A DNA stretch of 64,000 bases from Lingula anatina. Lineage: Eukaryota > Animalia > Brachiopoda. The stretch lies in NCBI GenBank assembly GCA_051362555.1, contig CM120649.1, positions 16,754,567 through 16,818,566 of the forward strand. Direction: 5' to 3'. Shown here in pieces: positions 1 through 10,576 of this stretch. Below the pieces are notes generated by a model. The model ran no database searches and had not been told where the DNA came from. It saw nothing but the letters and a program-made list of their open reading frames with translations. The number at the start of each line of letters is the position of its first letter. The stretch's first letter is position 1. A program made the position numbers and the translations under genes.

Positions 1-1435
1 TAACAAACAGAGTGGGCAACCGGTGCAAAGATAACTCTAATAAGATGGGGTGCCAACTACGTGTAGTAAAATTATGCTTGATCCCCCTGTTTCAGTGCCA
101 CCTGCTCAGAGGGGTAAGAAGCAAAAATAGAAAAAAGGTTATGTTTGACTGTACCCGTCCTGCACATGGGATTTTTAATTTCTTACCGAGCAAGTACTTT
201 TAACCGTTAAAGGATCTAAAGGGTTTTAAAGATATTTTTTCATCTGCCTTTTCTCATTTTAACAATAAAATAGGATTTTTGCAACCGTATTGTCACTTTG
301 AAACTTTATACATTTTACCAGAATAGCGATCCAATTTCCTTCAAAAGTGAATTTTAATCTGTAAATTAATGGATGAATAACTCGTTATATATATATATTT
401 TTATTTTAAAATCGTTTTCAGGCATAAACGTTTTGTACATATTGTGAATGGGTTGATGTCACCTGGAGCGTCGCGTGCCTCGTTTTGGTTTTATTTTCGC
501 AATCAAACGTTGCCGGAGTACTGAACTCTACTCCATAAACTATCACTATTCCTCATCCGACATCGAAATTCCGCGAAGTTGCGCTGGATTTTACGCTGAG
601 TCTCGAGACCCTTGGCTCTCTCTCTGATAACGCCCATTCTTTTCGAATTGGCTTGCTTTTATGGAAGTCAATAAACGTTGCTCCGTTGCCCGTTTTCGTG
701 TTTAAATAAGTAGTTTGCTGATTGAACATTTGATAGGACATATTTACGTAAGTTAGCGGTCACTGAGTAACAACACCCAACTCATATCGGTCTTATAAAT
801 GCAGGCCTGCGTCCAGTTTGCCCGTTAGCTACAGTGTGGAAGCATGTCAGCTATTGATATTGATAATTATCACAGATGATCATATTTGATCCAACTTGAA
901 CTACCAAGCTATGAACATTTTTGCTCATAGTAAGTATGCAATTAGCAACACACTGAGAGGGAATGGAACGTTTTTTCCATTCCAGCCATTAAAACACAAA
1001 GGGCCCACAGGCAGTGAAATCCTTAGAAAACTGAAGGAGCAATACACAGTCCAACCACGCGCCCATGCTGTGTCATAATGACATCGACAAAATGTTGTTG
1101 TTTTTTTTTAATTCGGATAAACAGATGTTAAAGTATGCAGCCCCGCCACCAACAGTATCAACAGACCACATTTAAGGTTCAAACCAGACCAAAATCCGAC
1201 ATGAAAGCAGTATTTTCTCTCTTATCAACACTTGAAATTGTTGTCTGCCTCCAAAAATCCGATGTGCCGTGTCAAGAGCATTTTTATCAGGGAATGAGGC
1301 TATCCAGGCGAATGGCCTCTTTACTGCTTCACCCATAGTGCATAACACAGCTGATCATTGTTTTTTACTGACAGGCCAAAATCATAAAAATATTGTAATC
1401 ACACTTGTGAAATCTCCCGAAGGCGCTACACTTAC

Positions 1436-1688
1436 CCAGCGTGTTTGGGTATTCTGGGCAGATTTCCAGGCCATTCATCTCAGGCTCGCTGCTTATATCC
1501 AATATCGATGGTATGACTGTCATTTTGTTTAAAAACGCCCTCGAATCCATCCGGTTAGTAGGCCTAATATGTGATTCTTTCAACTGGATTTCAAAGCGAA
1601 AACTACCGAAAATACCTGCTAATATAGACCATTGCCAGACGACCACGAGCACTGTTAAAATACACGTCCTCTTTTTCCATTTCCACAT
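1436..1688 (-). CDS. First coding exon (variant A) of a type II Golgi membrane protein, probably a GT7/beta-1,4-galactosyltransferase-like N-terminus
   Basis: MWKWKKRTCILTVLVVVWQWSILAGIFG...LEICPEYPNTL|G: short basic tail, hydrophobic anchor and stem, then a strong phase-1 donor CTGG|gtaagt at 1435. The CPxxPxxL|G end resembles the CPEESPLL|V end of B4GALT1 exon 1 (from memory). Confidence 0.6.
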
Positions 1689-2900
1689 GTTGAAACAACA
1701 CTGCTGTCGCTACCGCTGTTTTTATAACATTACTTGAATATACAGGCTCCAGATATAAAGCTTACACCCCACTGACGGCATGAAACAGACATAGACTCCC
1801 CTTCAAAATCGACGCCTTCAAGATCTCGACGAAAACTGGAAGTATAGTCGTGACGTCACTCAATTGTACTTTCGAAGCTGCTGGGCGATTTTCTGATGAG
1901 AAATATTCCTTAGCTTATACAAATGTTGCGAAAATGACCATGCAGATTATAGAAAAATCAATTATCAAAATTTAAACTGCGTTATTAGACTGATAAAATC
2001 GTGCATTTCTGACCTTGACTTGTCAGTGTGTTACTGAACGCACCGTAAACAAGCACGTGAACGAAGCGTTTGATACTTTGTATCAGACGCTTCATTTTAC
2101 TTGACAACACAGTGTTTACGATGGGCATGACGGGAAAAACAGCGAAAAAACACGAACTTCGGTTTTCGTCGATTTCTTGAAGGCGTCGATTTAATGAAGG
2201 GCGAACCTATATAGGGGCCTATATCACCCATTCTGCCAGTCTGTCTCTTTTCATATTTTTTCCAGGAATTATTATCACGTACAATACACAATTACAACAT
2301 CTCCTATAAAAGTAGCCTATATGAGATTAGGCCTACATTTGAGACTAGGCCCCCTACATTTACATAGGATTGCATTTGAGAGAAAGACAGTAGGCTCTAT
2401 GTTGAGTAGGCCTAAGTATGCAATTAGCAACACACTGATAGGGGTTGGAATATTTATTTCATGCCATCCGTCAAAACACAAAGAATCTGCAGGCAGTGAA
2501 ATCCTTCGAAAACTGAAGGAGCTTTACACAGTGCGCCCATGCTATGACATCGTTAAAAAATTTACAAAAAAAATTCGGGTGAACAGATGTTTAAGTAGGC
2601 CTACGCGCCACGACACCTATAGGGCCTATTATCAACAGACCACATTTAGGGGTTAAAATTGACGAAAAACGAACATATTTTCCCTCTTATCAACACCTGA
2701 AATTGTTGTCTGCCTCCAAAAATCCGATGTGCGTGTCAAGAGCATGTTCATCAGGGAATGAGGCTTTCCTGGCGAGTCGTCTCTTTACTGCTTCAGCCAT
2801 AGTGCATGACACAGTTGATCATTGTTTTTTACTGACAGGCCAAAATCAGAATAATATTGTAATCACACTTGTGAAATCTCGCCGAAGGCGCTACACTTAC

Positions 2901-3144
2901 CCAGCGTGTTTGGGTATTCCGGGCAGATTTCCAGGCCATTCATCTCAGGCTCACCGCTAACATCCAATATCGATGGTATGACTGTCGTTTCGTTTACAAA
3001 TACCTTCGATTCCATCCGGTTAGTAATTTGCAACGCTTTCAATTGGATTCCAAAGCGAAAACTACCGAAAATGCCCGCTAATATACACCATTGCCCGACG
3101 ATCACAAGCACTGTTAAAACACACGTTTTTTTCCATTTCCACAT
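2901..3144 (-). CDS. First coding exon (variant B), tandem duplicate of variant A
   Basis: MWKWKKTCVLTVLVIVGQWCILAGIFG...LEICPEYPNTL|G, with donor CTGG|gtaagt at 2900. It is 3 codons shorter than variant A and remains in frame. Confidence 0.6.
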
Positions 3145-4074
3145 GTTGAAACAACACTGGTGTCGTTACCGCTGTTTTATAACACTACTGGAATATACAG
3201 GCGCCCGATATAAAGCTAACATCCCATTGATGGTATGAAACAGACATATCACCCGTTCTGCAACCGCTGCAAGACTCTCGTTTAATATTTTTTTCCAGGA
3301 AAGATTATCACGTAGAACATATTATACTGTTGAACTGTATAATACCTCCTCTCTCAAGACTCGGTTAAATTGGCAAAAATGGAGAAACTGACTCCTTGAC
3401 ATATTAGTCTATATCAGTTATTCCGAGGTCGAGGACAGAACAAGGAGTGTCGTTTTAAAACCGTCGCTTAAAACCGCACACGCGAGAGGAAAGCAAAGGG
3501 GGTTATCGACGTGCGGATGAAAATATCTACATCAGGTGAGGAAAAGGGGGGATGCCGAAAAGCGAGAAATTTTGGAAAAAAGAGAAATAGATGTTGGCGT
3601 GTGAAGAAGGCCATATGGTCATTCACGTGTAATTTGGAAGAGAAAATGAGGATGGCGTGATTAGGTAGAGGGAGTGTTGTCGGTTACTATGTAACGAAAT
3701 GCGATTAGCAGAGAATCATAGAATCTATTATCCAAGGTATTGTAACTGCATTATCTAATAATTTGTACTCTCGGTGAAGAGATTTTCAATCACATGGCTA
3801 GAGTCATGTGATCCCTTGAAAGCACACTTCCCACTAATTAGATATTTTCATTGTCGGACAAGCCTCCTAATAAGATCAAGTAGAAAAAATTAAAAGACGT
3901 TACTTAGGAAACCATCAAGGTCATGCATGTATGTCAAGGTCAATCTTACAGAAAGCCCTCAAAGACTTAAAATACAACAATGACTCTCTCTATATTTTCC
4001 CAAGAAAATTATAATCCTTGTATTGACTAGTTTTTATTAAGCACTGTGTTCATAATGAAAATAAAAACGAGGCT

Positions 4075-4625
4075 CAGGCCTACCCAACTACCAGACTCGG
4101 CACCTAAGGATCCTAAATTAACCGGTATATCGGACCACACTACCCGTTTTCAAGGTGTGTGTCAGATCGCATTTCGGAGTATCAGCCAGAACACCGACAG
4201 GATGAGCCCTGGCATGCTCGGCTGTCACTTTGACTGGATAGTAAACGATTGTCGTAAAATCGCTATATGATTTTAAAACCGGGCGCATAAATTTGAAAGC
4301 CACCTAGATGAACCTAAGACTGCCACATTAATCTAATACAATGCAAAAAAGCCCTATCAAAAGTGGTTAAAACATTCAAACCGAATGTCGTAAAGTCCCC
4401 ATATACCCCCATTGAGACAATAAAATAGAGTACTCTAAAGTAAGCGTACAGTTTCAGGTTGTTCAGCCGAGCGTGGATGAGCCCGCAGTCGTGCTACAAA
4501 ATTTATTCTGGGGTATGATACTCCGAAATGCGATCTGACACACACCTTGAAAACGGGTAGCGTGGTCCGATATACCGGTTAATTCAGGATCCTTAGGTGC
4601 CGAGTCTGGTAGTTGGGTAGGCCTG
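4075..4625. mobile_element. Non-autonomous DNA transposon (MITE) with about 110-bp TIRs and a 5-bp TSD
   Basis: TIR caggcctacccaactaccagactc...gcatttcggagtatca at 4075-4184, inverted at 4516-4625. Flanked by aggct at 4070-4074 and 4626-4630. A second copy lies at 24573. Confidence 0.92.
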
Positions 4626-6043
4626 AGGCTGAAACCTGCAGGTTGACAAATACAAGGATGACATTCCTTGAAATTGTGCTATAAATATAATACAAATACA
4701 CCTTCTCTCAAAAATATTGTGAGCCAGATTTTCCTTACAGCGCAATGGCTGCTTGCACGAGACAACTGCTTACTATGTTGTGTGACCGTAGTTGGCGGCA
4801 AACGCTATCTAATCTATATGTTCAAGTGATGAATTTCCCACCAATGAATAGTGTGGCAGTTTATTAAATTGCAAGAACTTCACGTAGAAAATAAGGCATT
4901 TTGCCTTATCAAAATCCGTCCCAAACGCCAGATAAGTAGGCAGACTTTATTTTATAGGTTTCTAATGACTTTGGAGTCCCTTTTCTATCATGGATGTAAA
5001 TCCATTCCTTATTTAACCTAAGGCTATTTTGGATATTAGGTTGAATTAAGGACTCGAGCAGTACAAGTACACAATAACTCTTCAGTTTAATGTTTCTTTT
5101 TTATTATGTAAAAACTGATATTCCAACAACTAACCATTAAAGGCGGAGGGCTCGGGCGCCAAAGTAAACTTCCAGAGTTCACACCCCACCCTTTATAAAA
5201 ACAAATGTTGTGTGCTAGCTGTCTCACTTTAAGGTCAGTGTTTCAACATAAACGCTTCTCAAAGTCACAATTCTTTGGTGAAAACTCGGGAAGATATTTT
5301 GTTCGAAAAAATATACAGTTGTGCGTGAAATTACCTCATTTCGCAATTCTTAACAAATGTTTACAAATCCTATTTTTTTCCAAATGAAAGGGAAGGTATC
5401 AAAAGCATCGCCACTTTTCCTATTACACATGCCTATAATTTGCTTGTTTGGGTTCAAAAGTTTTTTCAAATTCTTCTTGTTTACCGGATTACATTCCATT
5501 AGTCTGTTATGATCTCTGATTCAGACTGCCGAGAACGGGAGTGAACAAGTATGTGTTAAGATAAAATAAGGTTTGTAATTGAAAAAGATCAAAACCCGTT
5601 GATAAAGCACTTTGCAAGCAGACAGTTCGTCTACCTCAACAAGCTACGTTGACAGATACATGGACCGTCCAAGTTCCTCCCCCCCCCCCTTTTTTTTTTC
5701 TAAAACGAAATGGCAGCCGGCTCAGCATTCGATCATACAGGTATTTTATTAAAAGTCGATAGACACTATCTCCACAGAAATACTGCAAAATAAAACACTT
5801 GAAATCTTGGATCCGGGAGCGATTGTCTAATCTGATCAATTATCTACGCTGCTTTTACAATTACCGAACATAAATAGATTCTAAATACGTTCATGATAAC
5901 AATTTTGCCGGCCACTATTGTGTATCCGCCCTGAAATTATCTCTCTCCAATTAATCTGTGTAGAAATGATGAATGTTTAATATACAAATCGTATTACAAA
6001 ATCTATATCCACACGGTGAAGGCTGCGGGGGCGGGGAATTTTA

Positions 6044-6300
6044 GGGACCATTCCCGTTGACCCATATCGGCCTTCGTGGTTCGACCCAACTCTGCGGGGA
6101 CTCTCGCTAAGTGCAATCAGCTTAACAGATAAGCACGCCTCTTCGTGGAGCTCAGTAGAATACAGCAAAGCTGGTGATTATACGAGTACGTTAGAAACCG
6201 GAAGAGGCGTGTTTTTCAGTTAAGCTGATTGCTTTAAGCGAGAGTCCCTGCAGAGCTAAGCAGATTCACATAGACCGATGGCGTTTATGAGAATGGGGTC
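6044..6300. mobile_element. Foldback (hairpin) MITE family, copy 1; possibly PIF/Harbinger-like
   Basis: Starts (tta)gggaccattccc and ends gaatggggtc. Internal inverted arms: gggactctcgctaa..gcaatcagcttaac and gttaagctgattgc..ttaagcgagagtccc. Confidence 0.65.
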
Positions 6301-7408
6301 GTAGACATCATAATCTGCAGATGACGTGTTCAAACTGTATGCATTGCTATGTTTTTAAAGTAAAACGTAGGCCTAACCAAAGAGTTTCTGGAACACGTAA
6401 AGATATTAGTCCCGTTTGATAACGATATATATAGTTGCCATATTAATGATGCCAAGTAATTACCACCTTGATTGCTTTATGGCATAGATCATTTTCTTTC
6501 CTTCTCCTATTTCGTCAATAACCGCCTCACAAGCTTTGCTTCGTATCGCTGTGCATGTACATTGTACTGTAATGTAGTGTATGCGCCGTATTATGTTCTA
6601 TAAAAAACGAAAACTTCTTCCGGATCAATAAAATACCCATTATTCATATATTTCCGCCAAATGCCTAACGTGTGACAACAGTCAACAACCTAGCGTTCAG
6701 GATTATGTGGGGTTCCGTGCACGCGAACAATAAAATGTACGTGGGGAAATGCAACCGTCTACATTGGTTTTGTACAGATCTGTTGCGCTATATATAAATA
6801 TAAATAGGCCTATAGTTAAAATAAGATCGTAAAATAAGAACAAGATCAGTTAAATAAATGGCAAAATAAAATGGCAAAGGGAAAAGGAAGAATTATTTCA
6901 TGCACTATGTATTTTTACAACTTGCATACTAACGTGCACGTTCGTCTGGACACACGTACGCACACATTCACACACTGGTATTGAAATAAAAAGAATCTAG
7001 ACTACTTTAAGTATTCTTACAAATTAGCATAGGTCCTGTGTCACAAAAAGAACTTTATACCCTAATTTGGTCGAAATGTTACACCAAAAATTTTTAATTT
7101 TAGTCCACATAGAACGAGGACAAAGGAGCACCTGAAGTAGTTTTATTAACAGAAAAGGCATGTCCTGTGCTTCCCACGAATACCTGTTTAACGTGGACTA
7201 TTATGGATTTATCTTAAACTAAAAAAGACCAATTTTATCATAAATTTTAAATCAACTTTAAGTCCAAAGTTCCTTTTCTAAAATAGGTCCACGTTTGTAT
7301 ATGGAAGTGGCTGCGTACCCCGTAATAGTACGCTTAAAAAGTCGAAAATCTAAAGCTGCAACCTCCTTTTCCTACAGTTCATAAACGCTCAAGTCACTTA
7401 ATATAAAT

Positions 7409-9124
7409 AACAAGGCAGCAAAGCTGACAAATGTACAGACAAAAAAACAGAAAATAAAGATGCAAATAAGTGAAAAATTAAATTTTCACAAAAAACTGTT
7501 AAATTGCCAGAAAAATTTACCAAACAGACTGCGTTGCCTATTGAAGCTGTATGTTAGACCTATGTTTCTTTCCTGTAAGTTTGAGAACAGTAAGTGACAT
7601 GATTTCCCTTAAATGGTCATCATAGGAGCAGTGCACAAAATAGGGGTTTCTTCAAATTTTGATGCAACATTACATAATGTTTAACAGCATAATGACAATC
7701 AAATGTTATTAATAAAATATTAGTAACATGGACATTCAGAAAATATGACAAGCAAAAGTCTTCAGGATCATGGAACTTTAAAGTCACACCTTGAAAATGC
7801 CAATATGTGAAAAATTAAATTTTCACAAAAAACTGTTTAACTGCCAAAAAAAAACAAAAAAAAAAAAACAAAAACAAAAACAAAATACCAAACAGACTGC
7901 ATTGCCTACTGAAGCTGTATTTTAGTCCCATGTTTCTTTCCTGTAAGTTTGAGAACAGTAAGTGACATGATTTTCCTTAAATGGTCATCATGGAAGCAGT
8001 GTCCAAAATAGGGGTTTCTTCAAATTTTGATGCAATATTACATAATGTTTAACAGCTTAATGAGCATCAATTTTTAATTATAAAATATTTGTATCACAGA
8101 TATTCAGAAAATGCGACGAGCAAAGGTCTTCAGGCCCATGGAAATTCAAAGTCACACCTTGAAAATGCCAAAATGTAAACAAGACAGCACTGTTCTGAAA
8201 TGGGTTTATTTCCATTTTAACACTTTTTTAACATAAAACAAAATAAACATTTTACTGCCATTTTTATATGACCAACTAAGAAAATTGATGAGATGGGAAA
8301 AGTATCAATAGAACAGTGTTAAATGTCCAATTTCCTCCATTCTGAGATTCTGAACATAGTGGATGATTGAATCTGACAAACTGCAATGATATGAGTTTAT
8401 TTCCATTTTTGACACTTTATTACACAATACATGATAACAAGTTTACCATGTTTTTTACATAATCAACTAACAATGTTGTACAGATGCAGAAAATATCAAA
8501 CAAACACTTTTAGGCATCTTATTAGTTAAATAATGAGACTGTTAACATGCCTAATAATTGAATCTGAGGAAATGTGAAAAAACAGTATAACTTCTAAAAT
8601 AATGGCCCGATTATGCTGATTTTCGAACTCAACCTGCGTTTTAGTAAGATTGACCACTCCTGTGAGTATAATTACAATTGGCCAATCCGTTTTTGTTATA
8701 TTGTGTTACCAGTGTTGCATTTATATTGAAAATAGTGAAAAAACAGCATAAATTCCCTAAAAATGGCCCAATCATGCTGATTTTCGAACTTGACCTGCGT
8801 ATTATGAATATTCATCAGTTCTGTAAGTTTCAAGTCAAAAGGTAAAATGGTTTTCCACTTATCGTGTTATCGGTGCTGCATATATGCTGAAAAAAGTGAA
8901 AAAACAGCATAAATTCCCTAATAGTGACCCGATCATGCTGATTTTCGAACTTGACCTGCGTATTATGAATATTCATCAGTTCTGCAAGTTTCAAGTCAAA
9001 AGGTAAAATGGTTTTCCACTTATCGTGTTATCGGTAAAAGTGCACGGCGACGACGGCGACGACGGCGACGACAGACGCAGATGATGGCTATATGTACAGA
9101 CACATCTGTGTCTGTACATAAAAA
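7409..9124. mobile_element. Helentron-associated non-autonomous element (HINE/DINE-1/pearl/Tsp-like) with internal tandem repeats
   Basis: Starts aacaag with a subterminal atgtacagaca at 7431-7441. Ends with a GACGGC/GAC microsatellite, a perfect hairpin tatgtacagacac-atct-gtgtctgtacata (9091-9120) and an A-run. Internal repeats are about 350 bp x2 (7470-8170) and about 165 bp x3 (8573-9035, containing ttcgaacttgacctg...aagtttc). Confidence 0.8.
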
Positions 9125-9143
9125 GTCAAACATTTCTACCTAC

Positions 9144-9363
9144 CAATGGTGTAAGGCCATAAGGCGCATGTGCCGTCGGGCTCTGTCTCCGAAGTCTCGT
9201 TCCACGTGTTGTTCAAATATAGGTCGTCAATGACGTAGCCGAGGTTATCGCTGGGGGTCTTCGTACGTATCGCTTTACGTACCATGTTTCCCAGTTTCAT
9301 AAATACCAGGATGTGAATCAAAACAACAGTGTAAATTACGCATTTCCTGAGGGAGAATCTCAT
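9144..9363 (-). CDS. First coding exon (variant C), a divergent type II membrane anchor plus stem
   Basis: MRFSLRKCVIYTVVLIHILVFMKLG...NNTWNETSETEPDGTCALWPYTI|G, with phase-1 donor ATTG|gtaggt at 9143. The Cys sits 8 codons before the split codon, as in variants A and B. N-glycosylation sequons NNT and NET are in the stem. Confidence 0.55.
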
Positions 9364-10420
9364 GGCAAGCAGGAAAAGTTTGAGCAAAGTCTGGCATGTG
9401 GGGCATGCACATAATACTGCACTTTAAATGTTAACGAAGTACGGCGTGTTTCGCTGGATTTCTTTTACTGTGAATAGGGCTGTCTGTTGACGTGAAATAA
9501 AATAACTCGAATTTCACCGTTAAGTTATTTCATGCATTTCTTCAACATGAAAAGCACTCTGTGCAATTGCCTGGAAACGTGTTTTTTTTTTTTTTTTTTT
9601 TTTTTTTTGCTCACTGAATACTTTCGATGCCAACAGACTTTCACGATACCGTAAACACCCGTGGACTAGCTACAATTAGGTCAACACTCGAGGTATTTTG
9701 ACGCTGCTACAGTTCGTTATTATTCTACGGTCTAAAACGCGCTTTTTTCTCCCAATCTCGTTTCTACCGATCTCATTTCCAAGCTAGCTACTGTAACACC
9801 CCAGGCAAATAACGTCACCGTTTAACCACGCCCGTACCAAACTCTGTAGGCAGTTCAGTAATTCCCTCCAGAATTGTTGAAAAGTGCGCAAAGTTGGTGT
9901 GTCAACATCTCATCCTCTGTTTCAGCACATCATTTCTGGAACGAAAAAAAAAAAAAGATTAACTGACTCAAATATAGAAATTTACGCCTTTACAATGTGG
10001 TGCATCTATGTACTGGTTCAACTTTCAATCGTCTTACCGGTGGAATTACTTTCACAGATACTGGAGCACTTTTTCGTACCCGTTCTTTAAGATTTAAGAA
10101 CTGAGAAAAGTTAAAAAATTAAAAATAAATTCAACTGAGTTTCCCCTAGGGCTTATTAAAATAAGTCCCTTTTACTGCCGTCAAACTGCGACTTTTTTTA
10201 ATCACATAGAGACGGCTCTGTGGTGAAGTAATCGGGTCTGAAATATTCTAGTGCGAATACATTTAAGATTTCTTTATGGCACAGAAAGCTATGGGCTTTT
10301 GCTCCACGCATTAAATGGTGGCCAGATCAAATCTTATTGACCTCCAACATCGATGTCAAAATGACCTGAAATGAAACTGACCGCCATGACCTCATGGGTC
10401 CTGGTGCCTACGTAGATTTA

Positions 10421-10576
10421 GGGACCATTCCCAGACCCTATCGTGCTGAGGATTGATCTATCTCCATGGGGTTTCTCGCTAAATTGCAATCAAATTAAGC
10501 GGCTTAGATGTCTGTCATGCCTACTGAAGCTGCTAGGGGGTAATTATTTTTCATTTAGCAGCTTCCGTTGGCGTGC
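10421..10576. mobile_element. Foldback MITE family, copy 2 (3' truncated)
   Basis: gggaccattcccagac...ttaagcggcttagatgtctgtcatgcctactgaagctgct...agcagcttc matches the copies at 24237, 26850 and 39089. Confidence 0.7.

Larger units (their letters stand above)
931..3313. repeat. Tandem segmental duplication (about 931-2280 and about 2413-3313), each unit containing a first exon with flanking upstream and intron sequence
   Basis: Both units start taagtatgcaattagcaacacactga and align through atgaaacagacata. They realign at tttttccagga...attatcacgt. Copy 1 has about 430 extra bp (about 1830-2250). Confidence 0.9.

Noticed and set aside
900-1435. Possible GT7 catalytic remnants (GFLEA, NGWNG) downstream of exon A
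   Set aside because: Short chance matches with stops in every frame checked; the region follows a strong GT donor and is best read as intron.
8573-9035. Regularly spaced repeats resembling a CRISPR array
   Set aside because: The whole units of about 165 bp are repeated with no unique spacers; there are no cas genes, and the context is a eukaryotic transposon.
10038-10100. 63-nt minus-strand exon-like segment (cttttctcag...gtaaga)
   Set aside because: The splice signals are plausible, but there is no homology or linkage evidence; it could be a 5'UTR exon or chance.
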